Assembly: GCA_963719505.1 (NCBI GenBank)
Contig: CAVRCF010000005.1
Span: 608,001-672,000, forward strand
Source of the DNA: Halobacteriovoraceae bacterium
Lineage (GTDB): Bacteria; Bdellovibrionota; Bacteriovoracia; Bacteriovoracales; Bacteriovoracaceae
Length of the DNA: 64,000 nt
Reading direction: 5' to 3'
In this document: positions 45,801-57,091 of the stretch, piece after piece
Position numbering within the stretch: position 1 is the first letter of the stretch
How the letters are laid out: each line of letters begins with the position of its first letter
Made by a program: the position numbers and the translations under genes
The notes under the pieces: model-generated
Database searches by the model: none
Told to the model about the DNA's origin: nothing
What the model saw: the letters and a program-made list of their open reading frames with translations, nothing else

Positions 45801-48486
45801 TAGTGCTTTCTTTAGCTCGATGAAAACGACAAGCTGTCCAGTCCTTGGATCAGATGGAAATTACGAATTTACAAAAGATAGCTTTATCAATACATCTGAT
45901 CTCTTTAAGGCAACTGAACTAAGCCGCTTAGCAAATAGTCAAAACTCTTGTGGTTTAGAGTCTATTAATCCAGCGGCTATTATAAACTCTTCGACAACCG
46001 CTTCTGACCTTCGAGATGATTCAGCTTTTAAACTCATCGAAGGAAGACCACTCAGTAGCTCTAGCGTAAACTTTGAGCCAACCCTCACCAGAGATGCCTG
46101 TTTTAGAAGAGCCGGTTCAGTTTGTCACACAGATCTAGACTGTTCTCCAAACTATAAACACGCTGAGCTTGTTGATATTATCAACCCAGCTTTCTTTGGT
46201 AATGAAGCTGAGAAAAAGTATTGGACTGAAAGTTTAGTTTGTGGGCAAGGCGCTGATGAACCTAGAAATGTGAATGATCCAACATTTAACACTTATAATA
46301 TTAGACGAAACCTTTGTTGTAGAGAAGTTGGAAAAGATATAACAATCTACACAGAAAAAACTCCTGGTGTTGCAGGAATTCCAAATTTTACGGAAACTCT
46401 AAACTCACGAAAACTTGCAAGTACCTTCCCTAACGATCCGGATAGATACTCTCGTTTTAGCGTCCTAGACGAAGGTGTCGATCCAGTTACAGGTGAAGCT
46501 CTTTTTACTCCGCCAAACGCATCAACTGAAAAAGATAGTAATGATGAATTAGTTGAAGTTAATAATATCCTTCAAGGTAAACAGTGGAAAGTTATCAATG
46601 AGACGGCAACGAGAACTTGTTGTGGTGGTGGCTGGATTAGAAAGTTCGCTGACGGGACAAATAACTGGCAAATTAACCGCCTCAATCTTGATGTTAATGA
46701 CTTTAAATGTTTAAACTTTAGAACTCCTCTTGTTAACACAGAAAATCCAGAATTTTTTGGATTAACACCTGGGCAAAATAGTCAAGACTCTCAAAATACA
46801 TGTCTTGATCCTGGCCTTGCTGGAGCTGGTTGTTCCCAATATGTGGGCTCTCAGGCAATGGGTGCTCTACAAAATCAAATTATAAAACCAAGACTTATAA
46901 AACCAAGGCCGAATCGTCAAAGTGGAAGAATGAAACTCCACTCTGATCCACTTGAGATGGTTGATAACGATAGTTGGAGTAATTTTCTTTGGTCATTCAA
47001 TGAAATGTCCTCTGCTGACACTAACCCTCTGACTTACCTGGATTGGAATCTGCCAAGAGACGAGGTTACTAGGAGAAACATCTCTGTTAGCCTCCCGTCT
47101 TTCATAACATGGCCAGGTGACTATGATTTATTAGGTGAAAACTTATCAGACGGCTTTATCACTCCTTCAACAATAACTACGGGTGTAACTGTCAGATTAG
47201 AAAGCCGAAATAGCGCAGGATCAATCGATGGAAACTACTACAATCAATGTGCCGAATTACCTATTCAAGGAACTGGTCCTGGGACAGATTGTTCAAGTGG
47301 TACAGGTTGGTACGGTATATGCTCACCGGATCTTCCTGACGTAACAACTTCTGCCTTTAATAATGCTTGTGCAGCAGCGGTGTCCGTACAAGGAACTGAT
47401 CCGTGCTGTTACATGTATGATAAATTCTCTAGGATTTTAAAAGTCGCTTACACGTTTGGTGTAACCAATCAAGATCAGTCATATGGTAAACATAAAAAAG
47501 ACTTTATTATCGAGTTTATAGCTCCTGGAACAGAGCTTTGGGAGTCTGTCACGGTGGACTCTTCAGTCCTTGCTAGTGACTCTGTCTCAGATGCTGCTTT
47601 TCCTGCACAAGGCTCAGTTGCAGATCACAGAAGATCCTCGCTACCTGGGAATGCGACTTATTATCTTGATAAGCTTTCGAAACTTGAACTCATAGGTATT
47701 CCTCAAATTAATTATGAGCCTTTATATTGTAATGATAATTATCAAAAGCTTGTACCTGGAATCTTTAAGGAAGCCACTACTGGTGGGCCATTAACTAATA
47801 TCAACGAATTTAACCAACACCCCGATACTTTTATAAGTAATGAGTTGGAGTACGGAAATGATAAGGCTCCATTTGGTGTATTCTTAGCTGGAGATTCGGT
47901 CATGGACTATACCAATATCAATCAGCCTTATGTTACAACCTCTCAACTGCTTGATCACGAACCAGTGTTCTCAGCTGATGAGTTCATGTGCTGTAAGCCT
48001 CTAGGGACTCAAATTGATCTCAACGTTGAGGACGGAACGGCTTGTTGCTCTGGATTTGCAGCATCTGGACAAAATAGCTCAAGTGGTGGGCTTGGAAAAT
48101 GTATGCTCGCCCCTGGAACTGACCTTCATGTCTATTTTAATAAGTTTGTATCGGGAGAAGGTATGAGTGAGGAGATCGAAAATCCTCTGACAGAGAGTGA
48201 TTTTGACGAACTTACCGGAACACCTAAACTTGAACCAACAATCATTAATAAAATGCAGGATATCGCTCGAGAGTACTGTACAAGTGGTTCGTTTACCCAA
48301 GGTGCAGCTTATGGACCATTTAACGCCGAACCAATCGGAGGCCTAGGTCAACAACAAGGATCAGGGTCGGAGTTTAGCTTTATCGACTCGATAAATGATA
48401 GCGGAACAAACAATCAAGATCCGGCTGGGTATAATCCATTCTCGGCTGGTTATAGATGGAATAATCATATATACTGCCTCGATTAA
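42850..48486 (+). CDS. Giant cysteine-rich lipoprotein (1878 aa)
   Basis: Lipobox VTGC; many CC/CxxC clusters; recurring CxTDxDC motif. Confidence 0.85.
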   Translation: MKNWIVFSLFLLFTVTGCIPGTTTPAKREAAGDNISDSPFGDDSEQTTVTETAYWFDGGIKKQTLTLDITNLKTTFIFGDDVSLLLSENNNSSRNYCVYVDFQAGFGTSPKQLRMRAIPSFTYDPIAGKIKRYYRILSNVESGNEICNVATVNSYSGAGVPNFTAPILSQISNSVTSVCTNCLNIISSTQVRLYEQRDGANHIVTNETVAMNKLNFKIDINSNTGNETPNCSTLNCQNQGFDCCVNGQCVKDARAKFSRSELATQFPQSNDGDSISDALQEFDLAELLKGSDPNWYRDYPQYYFICLENIPGDGGSGNGDTGGGEIDEAQARLNRNIQDYYCIEELKENTEIDPFHTDPISSTGTYTVCSLSSTPGQTPSTYFRDVMTRLYENCGCSETSFSNMVANCPKYTYKANSENPSLTFSLSDITNYMVTNSLSDLNGVTNLGELTKINSIECVAPQVDPNDLPFQDLDVLVPSRSVAHRFFDQNSDSNGNDIEITDVANLPVGASGVQEGAEFRYLDNERLFPDNKEFNMNSLLGQMNVNLTGAVPAKIVNVEFDKQYYIATIDGFYTPCPTCAKDSWFPSFSPNPNTNYGVGLTSIGHTTKRDAWGSNSTFGNYEDTIFGRACWLPPTMLPFSHLSLSSKKSQRLNRLKTQAAMYVNGYQRDWFGFNKGALIGSFDGVSWFAIGKGRVAKSTTNKLYLAINAPFGDLTSPNDHLVSVQEWDFITTGAQYDYNIDLSINHPRQNEAGQCQRSHRCETDSDCITQLGWEYACADINSIKTSWPKFSVEGANEIANDPRSGTILSLLNQQVLPPGTSSRKCVYRGAGSPCRTDYENIADENLRKTLTCAPNFYCADLDTNAVFNNEIARYGQPLENLALPANHLFGQEANILGRPKQYMANGVSALFSLPTDVKTTITDNLEVTNPGIGTNAGICRPGKKLPKRNLAGINGTQDWKPADQHTTFDPDYRTDYISQIAGCNSAFFSSMKTTSCPVLGSDGNYEFTKDSFINTSDLFKATELSRLANSQNSCGLESINPAAIINSSTTASDLRDDSAFKLIEGRPLSSSSVNFEPTLTRDACFRRAGSVCHTDLDCSPNYKHAELVDIINPAFFGNEAEKKYWTESLVCGQGADEPRNVNDPTFNTYNIRRNLCCREVGKDITIYTEKTPGVAGIPNFTETLNSRKLASTFPNDPDRYSRFSVLDEGVDPVTGEALFTPPNASTEKDSNDELVEVNNILQGKQWKVINETATRTCCGGGWIRKFADGTNNWQINRLNLDVNDFKCLNFRTPLVNTENPEFFGLTPGQNSQDSQNTCLDPGLAGAGCSQYVGSQAMGALQNQIIKPRLIKPRPNRQSGRMKLHSDPLEMVDNDSWSNFLWSFNEMSSADTNPLTYLDWNLPRDEVTRRNISVSLPSFITWPGDYDLLGENLSDGFITPSTITTGVTVRLESRNSAGSIDGNYYNQCAELPIQGTGPGTDCSSGTGWYGICSPDLPDVTTSAFNNACAAAVSVQGTDPCCYMYDKFSRILKVAYTFGVTNQDQSYGKHKKDFIIEFIAPGTELWESVTVDSSVLASDSVSDAAFPAQGSVADHRRSSLPGNATYYLDKLSKLELIGIPQINYEPLYCNDNYQKLVPGIFKEATTGGPLTNINEFNQHPDTFISNELEYGNDKAPFGVFLAGDSVMDYTNINQPYVTTSQLLDHEPVFSADEFMCCKPLGTQIDLNVEDGTACCSGFAASGQNSSSGGLGKCMLAPGTDLHVYFNKFVSGEGMSEEIENPLTESDFDELTGTPKLEPTIINKMQDIAREYCTSGSFTQGAAYGPFNAEPIGGLGQQQGSGSEFSFIDSINDSGTNNQDPAGYNPFSAGYRWNNHIYCLD

Positions 48487-48498
48487 AAGGAAAATAAG

Positions 48499-48981
48499 TT
48501 GAAAGATTCAAAGTCCCCCAGCGAAAGTGAAATTCAAATGCGCCAAATGGTTATGCCTGGCGATACAAATATCCATGGAACTATTTTTGGTGGAAAGATA
48601 ATGTCTTGGATTGATATCGCCGGTGCAATGGTTGCTACCAAGCACTGCGAGAACCCTGTTGTCACTGCAAACATATCAGACATAGACTTTTTTTCACCTA
48701 TTAAGGTTGGATACCATGTCATCATTAAAGCATCAATTAATTACGCTGGTAAAAGCTCAATGGTCATAGGTGTAAAAGTTGAAAGTGAAAATCCCTACAC
48801 GGGTAAAGTCAGAAAAACAACTAAAGCCTATCTCACCTTTGTGGCATTAGATGAGTATGGAAAGCCCGTCGCAGTTCCTAAAGTCTCCCCTCAAACGGAT
48901 ACGGAAAAAAGAAGATACGAAAATGCTAAAAAAAGGAAAGAGGCTAAAATCAGTCTTAATAAAACTCTAGCAAATGATTAG
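48499..48981 (+). CDS. Acyl-CoA thioesterase (hotdog fold, YciA-like)
   Basis: PGDTNIHGTIFGGKIMSWID, GKSSM and LTFVALD motifs. Confidence 0.92.
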   Translation: MKDSKSPSESEIQMRQMVMPGDTNIHGTIFGGKIMSWIDIAGAMVATKHCENPVVTANISDIDFFSPIKVGYHVIIKASINYAGKSSMVIGVKVESENPYTGKVRKTTKAYLTFVALDEYGKPVAVPKVSPQTDTEKRRYENAKKRKEAKISLNKTLAND

Positions 48982-49004
48982 ATAATGGGAAGTTTTAACT
49001 TCCC

Positions 49005-52000
49005 CTATTGTTTTTTCTCATCCAAAAATTTTGAATATCTTAAAATATATCTTTTTGATAAAAGCTTAAAAATTGAGACATCTTTTTTCTTTGAGATATC
49101 GTCGTGCTTCATTTCAAAATCACTCATTGAGACCGCTTCTTTATCTGATCCTAGATCCTCCATAAACGAGCCGTCATCGCTTCCAAAATCTAGGTCCATT
49201 CCGGGAGTTGTTGCAACTGCTGGACTCGTTGGAACTTTATATCCCGTTGGCAACGAGTCTTTCTTTTCTTCTTTCTTCTCTTCTTCAGAATTCGTAGCAA
49301 TATTTTTCGTCGGAAGCCCACCAATTTGATTCCTTCCAGCATTATCAAGAAGCGTTTTCCTAATTTTAGCGACTCTTTCTTGTAAAGATCCAACACTATC
49401 AGCGATCTTTTTATCTCCGCCTTTCATCATCTTATCGTACTCTTTTCTATTTTTATCGTTCTTAGCACGGATGGCATTATTTAAACTCTCCATTTTACCT
49501 AAAGTCGCATCATCAAATGAATCACCTGTTAATTTTCCATTTGCTCCAAGAGAGTTAAAATCACTCATTAGGTTCGCTCCTTGAACATAAATAGATCCAG
49601 CACCTGAACTAGCTCCCATCTGTAAGGATGGAACAGTAAAATTAGACCTTGGGCGAGTCGGTCCACAAACAGCTGGTGAGTAACCACTTCCGTTCTTCTG
49701 AACACATGCGGTTTTGCCTTTGAATCCGTTCGGATCATTTGGATCAACAGAGGCGAGATTTAGATCAACTCCTCCTCCACCTTCTCCAAGTCCGTTCGTA
49801 TTAACTGCTGATTTTTCGAACTTCTCTTTTTCATTTTTCACAATTTCTAGGTTTTTCTTTGCTTGATCGTAGGAGTCTTTAGTCATTTTAAAAGATACCC
49901 CAGACATGGCACTCAAAGCTGCCCAAGTTATGGTTCGTCCAATTGGTGAGGTTAAACCCGTTCTTTTCATAAATTTTCCAAGCATCCCATGTAGAGTGAC
50001 TATATTACCCGTCAATTTAAGAACACTAGACCATGGACCATCTATTGCACCAGCTCCTGCAGAAACTCCTGCACCAATAAGAGTTGCTCCCAATCCTGCA
50101 TTTGCATTTGGAACAACTAAATCAACAATACCAGCTAAAATATTTTGAAAATTCTTTTTCTTAGGATCAAAAGTTTGATCCTTGTATAAATAATAGAACT
50201 CTTCTTCTATAAACTGATTAATATTTTTCAATATTTTATCAACTTTTAAATTAATTTTTACAATTTTATCAATATTATCTTGAGCACTTATATTTTTACT
50301 AAACTGGAATTGTTCGAAGGCAATTTTTCTAATTTGTGCTTCGAAGGCATTTTTGAAAAAGAACTTTGAATCCTCTAATTCCTTTAGTTTTTTATTGTCC
50401 AGTTGCGGTGTCATCATTGCATTTTTACCAAAAGCAAACAGATTACGAACTTTGATGTCTTTATTTAAAGAGGCAGTACCAGGTGCTGCTGGTACCCCCT
50501 GGATTGGCAAAGTTCCATTCTTTCCTATTTCTAAGCCTTTTGTAGGAAGCAAATCTCTAGGAACACCAATTATTGACTCTACAACAGATTTAACAATCCT
50601 ATTAATTATCGTTGATTTTGTCGTATCTGCTAGTTTACTTTGAATGACTTCATAGTAATTATCAGTCATTGATCCATCTATTGCTTGCTCAATTGGCACC
50701 GTAATACCTGGTCCGCCACAGCAACTCATACCTTTTTTGAAATATATACTCAATGCTGAAGTATATTGCTTTGCAAGGATTCCTGTTGTCGGTCCCGCAG
50801 GAACACAGAGTTCAGCTTGTTTCTCTAGAGCAACGCTACTTGCTTTCAATTTCATAACCTGCGCTCCTGTAGCAACGGAAATCGCTGAAGCCGCTATTTC
50901 ATCGGCAGTCTCAATAGCAATATCCACAGCCCCTGATCCAAGCTCAAAACCTTTACTTAAAGAATCACCAAGAAGATCATTGCCGCTTATTTTAGCGACA
51001 TCAGTTAAAAACTTGGTTGAGGAAACTAGCTCTTTTCCCTTTCTAGCAGTATCCAAAGTAACTTTTAGACCTTGTGCTTGAGCTGCAATTTCATCAGCAG
51101 CTTCATTTGCTCGGGCAGTGATAGAAGTAGCTTTTACACCAATACAAATTCCAACTAGAGCTGAGGCTGTACCAAATGTCCCAGTAGACTGCGCAGTAGC
51201 AAGTGATATGTCTGATATTATCTTGGTTTCTAATGCAGCAAACTTGGCTTGATTTGAAGCCTTTTTTGGAACTTTAATTCCCCACTCCGCTGTGCAAATA
51301 CTATTCATCGACAACATATTAGCGATCTCAATTCCGTCTGAAACACCGTAGCCAATTGAAGAAGCTAAAGCCATTCCCTTTTTAACTTTTAAAGCATCTA
51401 CCTGCCCCTCTATTATTTTAATCAAAGCCTCATAAGCCTTCATTTGTTTATCATCTTCTTTTTGTGCATGGATTTGTTCATCTGAACCATCTTTTGCCTG
51501 GCTACAAAAGCCAGATCAGTTGCTTCTTTTGCAAATTTTGAAACTTGGTATTCGAAACTAAGTCACCAACAACTAAGGATAAACCCGACAGTGCTAGCAA
51601 CAGGTATACCAACCATAGCACCAAAGCTACTGTTTACAATCTCTCCCATATGCAATTGGGTTGTACTTGTATAATCTTTGATAGTTTAACGAATTGATTA
51701 AAATGACACCTGTCAAAGCAACAATATATTGTTCAATAAATCCAGGAAGCTTTTCTAGATATTTTGTCACCCTTTTCGTTGTACCTAGCAGTAGACTTAA
51801 AACTAGTTGCCTTCAAAGCATCATTAAAATCACACCCCGGAACATAATACTCTCCATCGCTCTTGCTCATCAGTTCTACAGTCGGGCTGCAACTGTATCC
51901 TGCGCATAAACGACTCCAACCCTTGGAATCGGCATAAGGACAAAGCTCAGCATCATCACAGAAGATACAAATCCAGTTGTAAGTCTTTTCAGAGAATTTT

Positions 52001-52016
52001 TTAGAGTGTTTTTCAT
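49005..52016 (-). CDS. Large secreted protein whose 5' ~570 nt is broken by several frameshifts (intact ORF 49005-51443)
   Basis: ATG 52016 gives signal peptide MKNTLKNSLKRLTTGFVSSVMMLSFVLMPIPRVGVVYAQ; protein-like segments in shifting frames connect to the 812-aa ORF; C-terminus DISKKKDVSIFKLLSKRY. Confidence 0.65.
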
Positions 52017-52151
52017 AATTATTTCCAGTGTTTGGTTTAACTCATTTTAACAATAGACGTCTTTCGCCTTAACTAAAAAGAGCCAAACCACTGATAACAC
52101 AAGGAAATCGTTGATTTAGCTCTCTACATTTTGACCACTATATTTGGCTAT

Positions 52152-52910
52152 TTAAGATTTCTTATTCTTTTTTGATTTTTTACCTTTTTTGCCACCCTTT
52201 AACTTCTTAAGGGCGAAAAGAGCTGCGAGCGCAATCCCTCCATAAATCATGAGGTCTTCAGTATCACTTCCATCATCTTTCTTTCTCTTTCTTCCTACTC
52301 CAATATCTGAAAGACCATCTGTAGGAGCGAAGACTTCATCGTCAAAATTTGCTCCTGCATTTTTCTTCCCAAGTCTGAGATCAGCAAGGTTTTGTTTCTT
52401 TTGTCTAAAGACTCTAAGAGTTGCAACAACTTTATCAAAAATACCTTGATAAGATGTAAAGAGCTCTTTAGTGACTGAGAAAGTTACAGCGACACCAAGA
52501 TCTTCTTTAACGGTTGCAAGATAACGAGTATAAAATCCAGGAACCTCAGATGCTAGGTGCAAAGAGTCTGCCCATGAATGGTTATTGATTTGCTTAAGCT
52601 TCGTATACTTCGCTTCAGATCTTTGCATCTTACCGCCTGGTAGCTGATAGGTTTTACCTTTATTAAGATAAGCTTGATACTCAGCAAGAGAGTCTTGCTC
52701 TCCACGAATCTTAGCGGCTAAAATGATAATCGCCTCTTTTCTTCTATCTTGATTTTCAGACTGACAAACCCATTCACTTCCTTCAATTGCACATTGCCAA
52801 CCTGCTGGAAGATCAAATTGAATGTACTGGTTGGAAAACGTCTTTGCGTTCACCGAAAGTGAGAAAAAGCTTAAGATAACGCTTAAAGCTATCAAATTCG
52901 ACCTAATCAT
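52152..52910 (-). CDS. Exported protein with a C-terminal membrane anchor and Lys-rich tail
   Basis: Signal peptide, FDLPAGWQC, C-terminal TM helix followed by KK-rich end. Confidence 0.8.
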   Translation of the reverse strand: MIRSNLIALSVILSFFSLSVNAKTFSNQYIQFDLPAGWQCAIEGSEWVCQSENQDRRKEAIIILAAKIRGEQDSLAEYQAYLNKGKTYQLPGGKMQRSEAKYTKLKQINNHSWADSLHLASEVPGFYTRYLATVKEDLGVAVTFSVTKELFTSYQGIFDKVVATLRVFRQKKQNLADLRLGKKNAGANFDDEVFAPTDGLSDIGVGRKRKKDDGSDTEDLMIYGGIALAALFALKKLKGGKKGKKSKKNKKS

Positions 52911-53016
52911 GAAATAATCCTTGTCATAAAAAAAATAAATATTTATACCTCAATTTTAATATAGTTTGGCGAACTTACAAAGACTTAAATAATTTACCGC
53001 ACTTAAAAGATGAATA

Positions 53017-53760
53017 ATGAACAATAAAACTCAGAGATTTAATATAGTTGGACCCTGCTCAATGGAAAGCCGTGAGCAAATTGAAGAAGTCTTCAAGGTG
53101 GCACAAAATCTTGGTTTAACCTATGTTCGCGCTCAGGTTTTTAAACCGAGAACAAACCCAAATTCTTTTCAAGGTCTTGCAGATGAGGGAATCTCTATAT
53201 TAAAAGAGCTCAAGTCCTCATACCCAAAGATTAAGTATGTCTGTGAGGTTTGTTCGAATGAGCATTTTGATAAATTAAAAGATGTTGCTTCGGTGATTCA
53301 AATTGGTGCAAGAAATATGCAAAACTTTGAACTTCTAAAATATGTCTCTATGAATTTTAAAAATGATTATGTGCTTTTAAAAAGAGGTTTTTCAAATACT
53401 CAAAAAGAGTGGCTCTCCTCTGCTGATTATCTTATGAGTGGTGGAATTCCAAAAGAGAAAATTATTCTTTGTGAAAGAGGAAGTCGATCTTATACCTCTC
53501 CAACAGGAGTGAGTCTTGATTTTATAAATGCTCTTATGGCCCGCGAAGCTGGATTTAAAGTCATTATCGATTCTAGTCACGGAACTAAGGAAGCTCGTTT
53601 TGTTATTCCTCTAGCGAAAGCTGCTGTGGCCATGAACTTTGATGGTGTCATGATAGAAGCTCATCCTAATCCTTCTGAATCAGTGAGTGATAGAGATCAG
53701 GCGATTGGCCTTGATGAATTAAGTGAGTTTTTTAACGGATTAACCCAGCGCGAGCAATAA
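53017..53760 (+). CDS. DAHP synthase, type I-beta-like catalytic barrel without a regulatory domain
   Basis: GPCSMES, FKPRTNPNSFQG, QIGARNMQNFELL, LCERG and DSSH motifs. Confidence 0.85.
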   Translation: MNNKTQRFNIVGPCSMESREQIEEVFKVAQNLGLTYVRAQVFKPRTNPNSFQGLADEGISILKELKSSYPKIKYVCEVCSNEHFDKLKDVASVIQIGARNMQNFELLKYVSMNFKNDYVLLKRGFSNTQKEWLSSADYLMSGGIPKEKIILCERGSRSYTSPTGVSLDFINALMAREAGFKVIIDSSHGTKEARFVIPLAKAAVAMNFDGVMIEAHPNPSESVSDRDQAIGLDELSEFFNGLTQREQ

Positions 53761-54919
53761 CTCCAGGCTTTAACTTTTGCTTTGAAAACTTTTTGGTGAT
53801 TTTAACAATCGACTTTGAAGCCCCAACTTTAACAACATAACCTGATGCAATCAATTGGTTTCCCTCTAAATAATCAAAAAAGTAAAAGTCTACTTTTGAT
53901 CCCTTATCGACACCCGTCTCTAAACCCATATCGACTGAGACAGCCCTTTTACTTTTTGACACTTTCGTAATCGTCCCTTCATATTGGTACTCTTTAAATT
54001 CAGCATCAAACTGCTTGAAGTTATTACTACTAGATTTTCTTCTTACCAGGTTTAGTAAGAATTCATTTCCTAAAACAGTTGAGTTTCCAGATATTCTTGA
54101 GAGCGTTTTAAATTCTACTCTCCACATTGAGCCAATCCCAATATTGATACCAAGATAGGGAGCTGTCCAACTTCTATTTATACTATTAAACTCTGGTGAA
54201 CTCGCTCGAGAAAGCTGTGGTTTTTCTTCAGGATCATCAGAGAATGCATCTTGATTAAGAGAATAAACATTTTCAACGCCAAAAAGCATAGTAAAATATT
54301 GCCAAGCAAAAGCGACTTCAATTTCGGAATAAATCTCGGATGAAAGTTTCTCTCCAGGGTTTCTATACAATACTCTTCCCGAAAAGAAATTTTGATCTTC
54401 GGTCATAAAGGTAAAGCCACCACCAGCTGATAACTCCGTGGACCCCTCGCCTATGGCCGTCGCCTCTGGCACCTCTTGAACTTCACTCACTTCAAAGTAC
54501 TCATTGTCATAGGTGGCATTTCTATAATTGACTTCGAATGAATATTGGAGCTGATTAACCATGGGAAACGAATACTTTAATTGAACAATAATAGATTCAA
54601 GACCGGAGGCAGAAAGCTTTTTTTCTTCATTATCAAAAGTACCACTGGCTTGGACGAGTCTAAAATTGGCACCAATACTTGTTTGCAGTTGGCTTGTGAA
54701 TCCGTACTTAAAATCTAGCAGAAGATCTGTTCTGAAATAACCTTCATTCTCTTCAAAGTCTTCCACTTCGCCATTATCATTTGAAAATTGAGTTGGAATA
54801 AAAAAAGTTGTATTGGCACCAAACTCGGTGCCCTTTTCATCAAGAGTCTCAGTCTTATTGATGTATGATCGCGCCACAGCACCAAAAGAGAGAGAAAATA
54901 ATAACAGAAGTTTTAGCAT
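53732..54919 (-). CDS. Putative outer-membrane beta-barrel protein with a small C-terminal beta domain
   Basis: Signal peptide, alternating aromatic beta-strands, C-terminal DMGLETGVDKG. Confidence 0.6.
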   Translation of the reverse strand: MLKLLLLFSLSFGAVARSYINKTETLDEKGTEFGANTTFFIPTQFSNDNGEVEDFEENEGYFRTDLLLDFKYGFTSQLQTSIGANFRLVQASGTFDNEEKKLSASGLESIIVQLKYSFPMVNQLQYSFEVNYRNATYDNEYFEVSEVQEVPEATAIGEGSTELSAGGGFTFMTEDQNFFSGRVLYRNPGEKLSSEIYSEIEVAFAWQYFTMLFGVENVYSLNQDAFSDDPEEKPQLSRASSPEFNSINRSWTAPYLGINIGIGSMWRVEFKTLSRISGNSTVLGNEFLLNLVRRKSSSNNFKQFDAEFKEYQYEGTITKVSKSKRAVSVDMGLETGVDKGSKVDFYFFDYLEGNQLIASGYVVKVGASKSIVKITKKFSKQKLKPGVIARAGLIR

Positions 54920-54926
54920 TCCATTA

Positions 54927-55526
54927 TTATATGGCAGTACTCTGATATTGTAAAAAGATGTCTTTTGTGTTCTTAAAAGAGATCAAATTTTCCTCTGTTG
55001 TCCAAATTCCATATTTCTTTCTAAATAATGAAATTCCAGTAATCGTCAGATCACTATTATTTTCAAACTCCACTTTAATAGCATCCATAATTTCAATGAG
55101 AGGATCTGTTTGTTTAAATGATCCTAAAGGAAGAAATTGTTTTGGATTGGCCTTGTACTTAACGTTACGTGGAATAAAAGAAGTACAGATATCACGAACA
55201 AGATCCATACAGTGCTCTAAATCCGGAGAGAACTCTGGGTTTAGATAAAGAATATTATTTTTTTTGGTTTGGAGAAAATTGACACCCGTAAAGCTCAGTT
55301 TCAGTGGGGACTCTTGACCAAAGAAAAAGCTATCTAACTCTTCTCTCAATTCATCTTTGCAGCTTTCAAGATCTTCGGCTTGAATTTCGAAAGGCGCTAA
55401 TAGAGACATGTGAGAAAAAGATGCTTTAGTGTAGTTGTGATCAAAGCGCTTTCTAAAGCCTTCAATCTTGCGGGCAAGGTTGTCGTCACTTCTGAAAGTT
55501 AAACCGACAAAGAGTTTTTCATTCAT
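54927..55526 (-). CDS. 2H phosphoesterase / 2'-5' RNA ligase-like protein (second HxT/S motif degenerate)
   Basis: FRKRFD...SHMSLLAPF; AAGGAGG RBS. Confidence 0.65.
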   Translation of the reverse strand: MNEKLFVGLTFRSDDNLARKIEGFRKRFDHNYTKASFSHMSLLAPFEIQAEDLESCKDELREELDSFFFGQESPLKLSFTGVNFLQTKKNNILYLNPEFSPDLEHCMDLVRDICTSFIPRNVKYKANPKQFLPLGSFKQTDPLIEIMDAIKVEFENNSDLTITGISLFRKKYGIWTTEENLISFKNTKDIFLQYQSTAI

Positions 55527-55607
55527 ACTATCCTCCTTTAGAGGCAAGCAGACATCGCTCTATACTATTGTAAAATGGAACCTTGGATTATTACAAGAAA
55601 AATAAAT

Positions 55608-55632
55608 ATAGGGGCAGATAGTTCCTGCCCCT
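55608..55632 (-). terminator. Hairpin downstream of eno, probable terminator
   Basis: TAGGGGCAG-atagttc-CTGCCCCTA. Confidence 0.6.
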
Positions 55633-55646
55633 ACTTGTAATTTTAG

Positions 55647-56937
<1,291 letters not shown>

Positions 56938-57091
56938 AATATATCTCCTTAACTTAATAATTTCGAGCTAGTTTAACTTAAGCATCTATCTTACACACAG
57001 GGCGGCGCATATAGTTAATGAGTCTCTTTTCTTCATGGAAAAATCTGGTAAAGGCTTAGGCTTTAAATTGGTAAATGAGGAGAGAGAAAAC

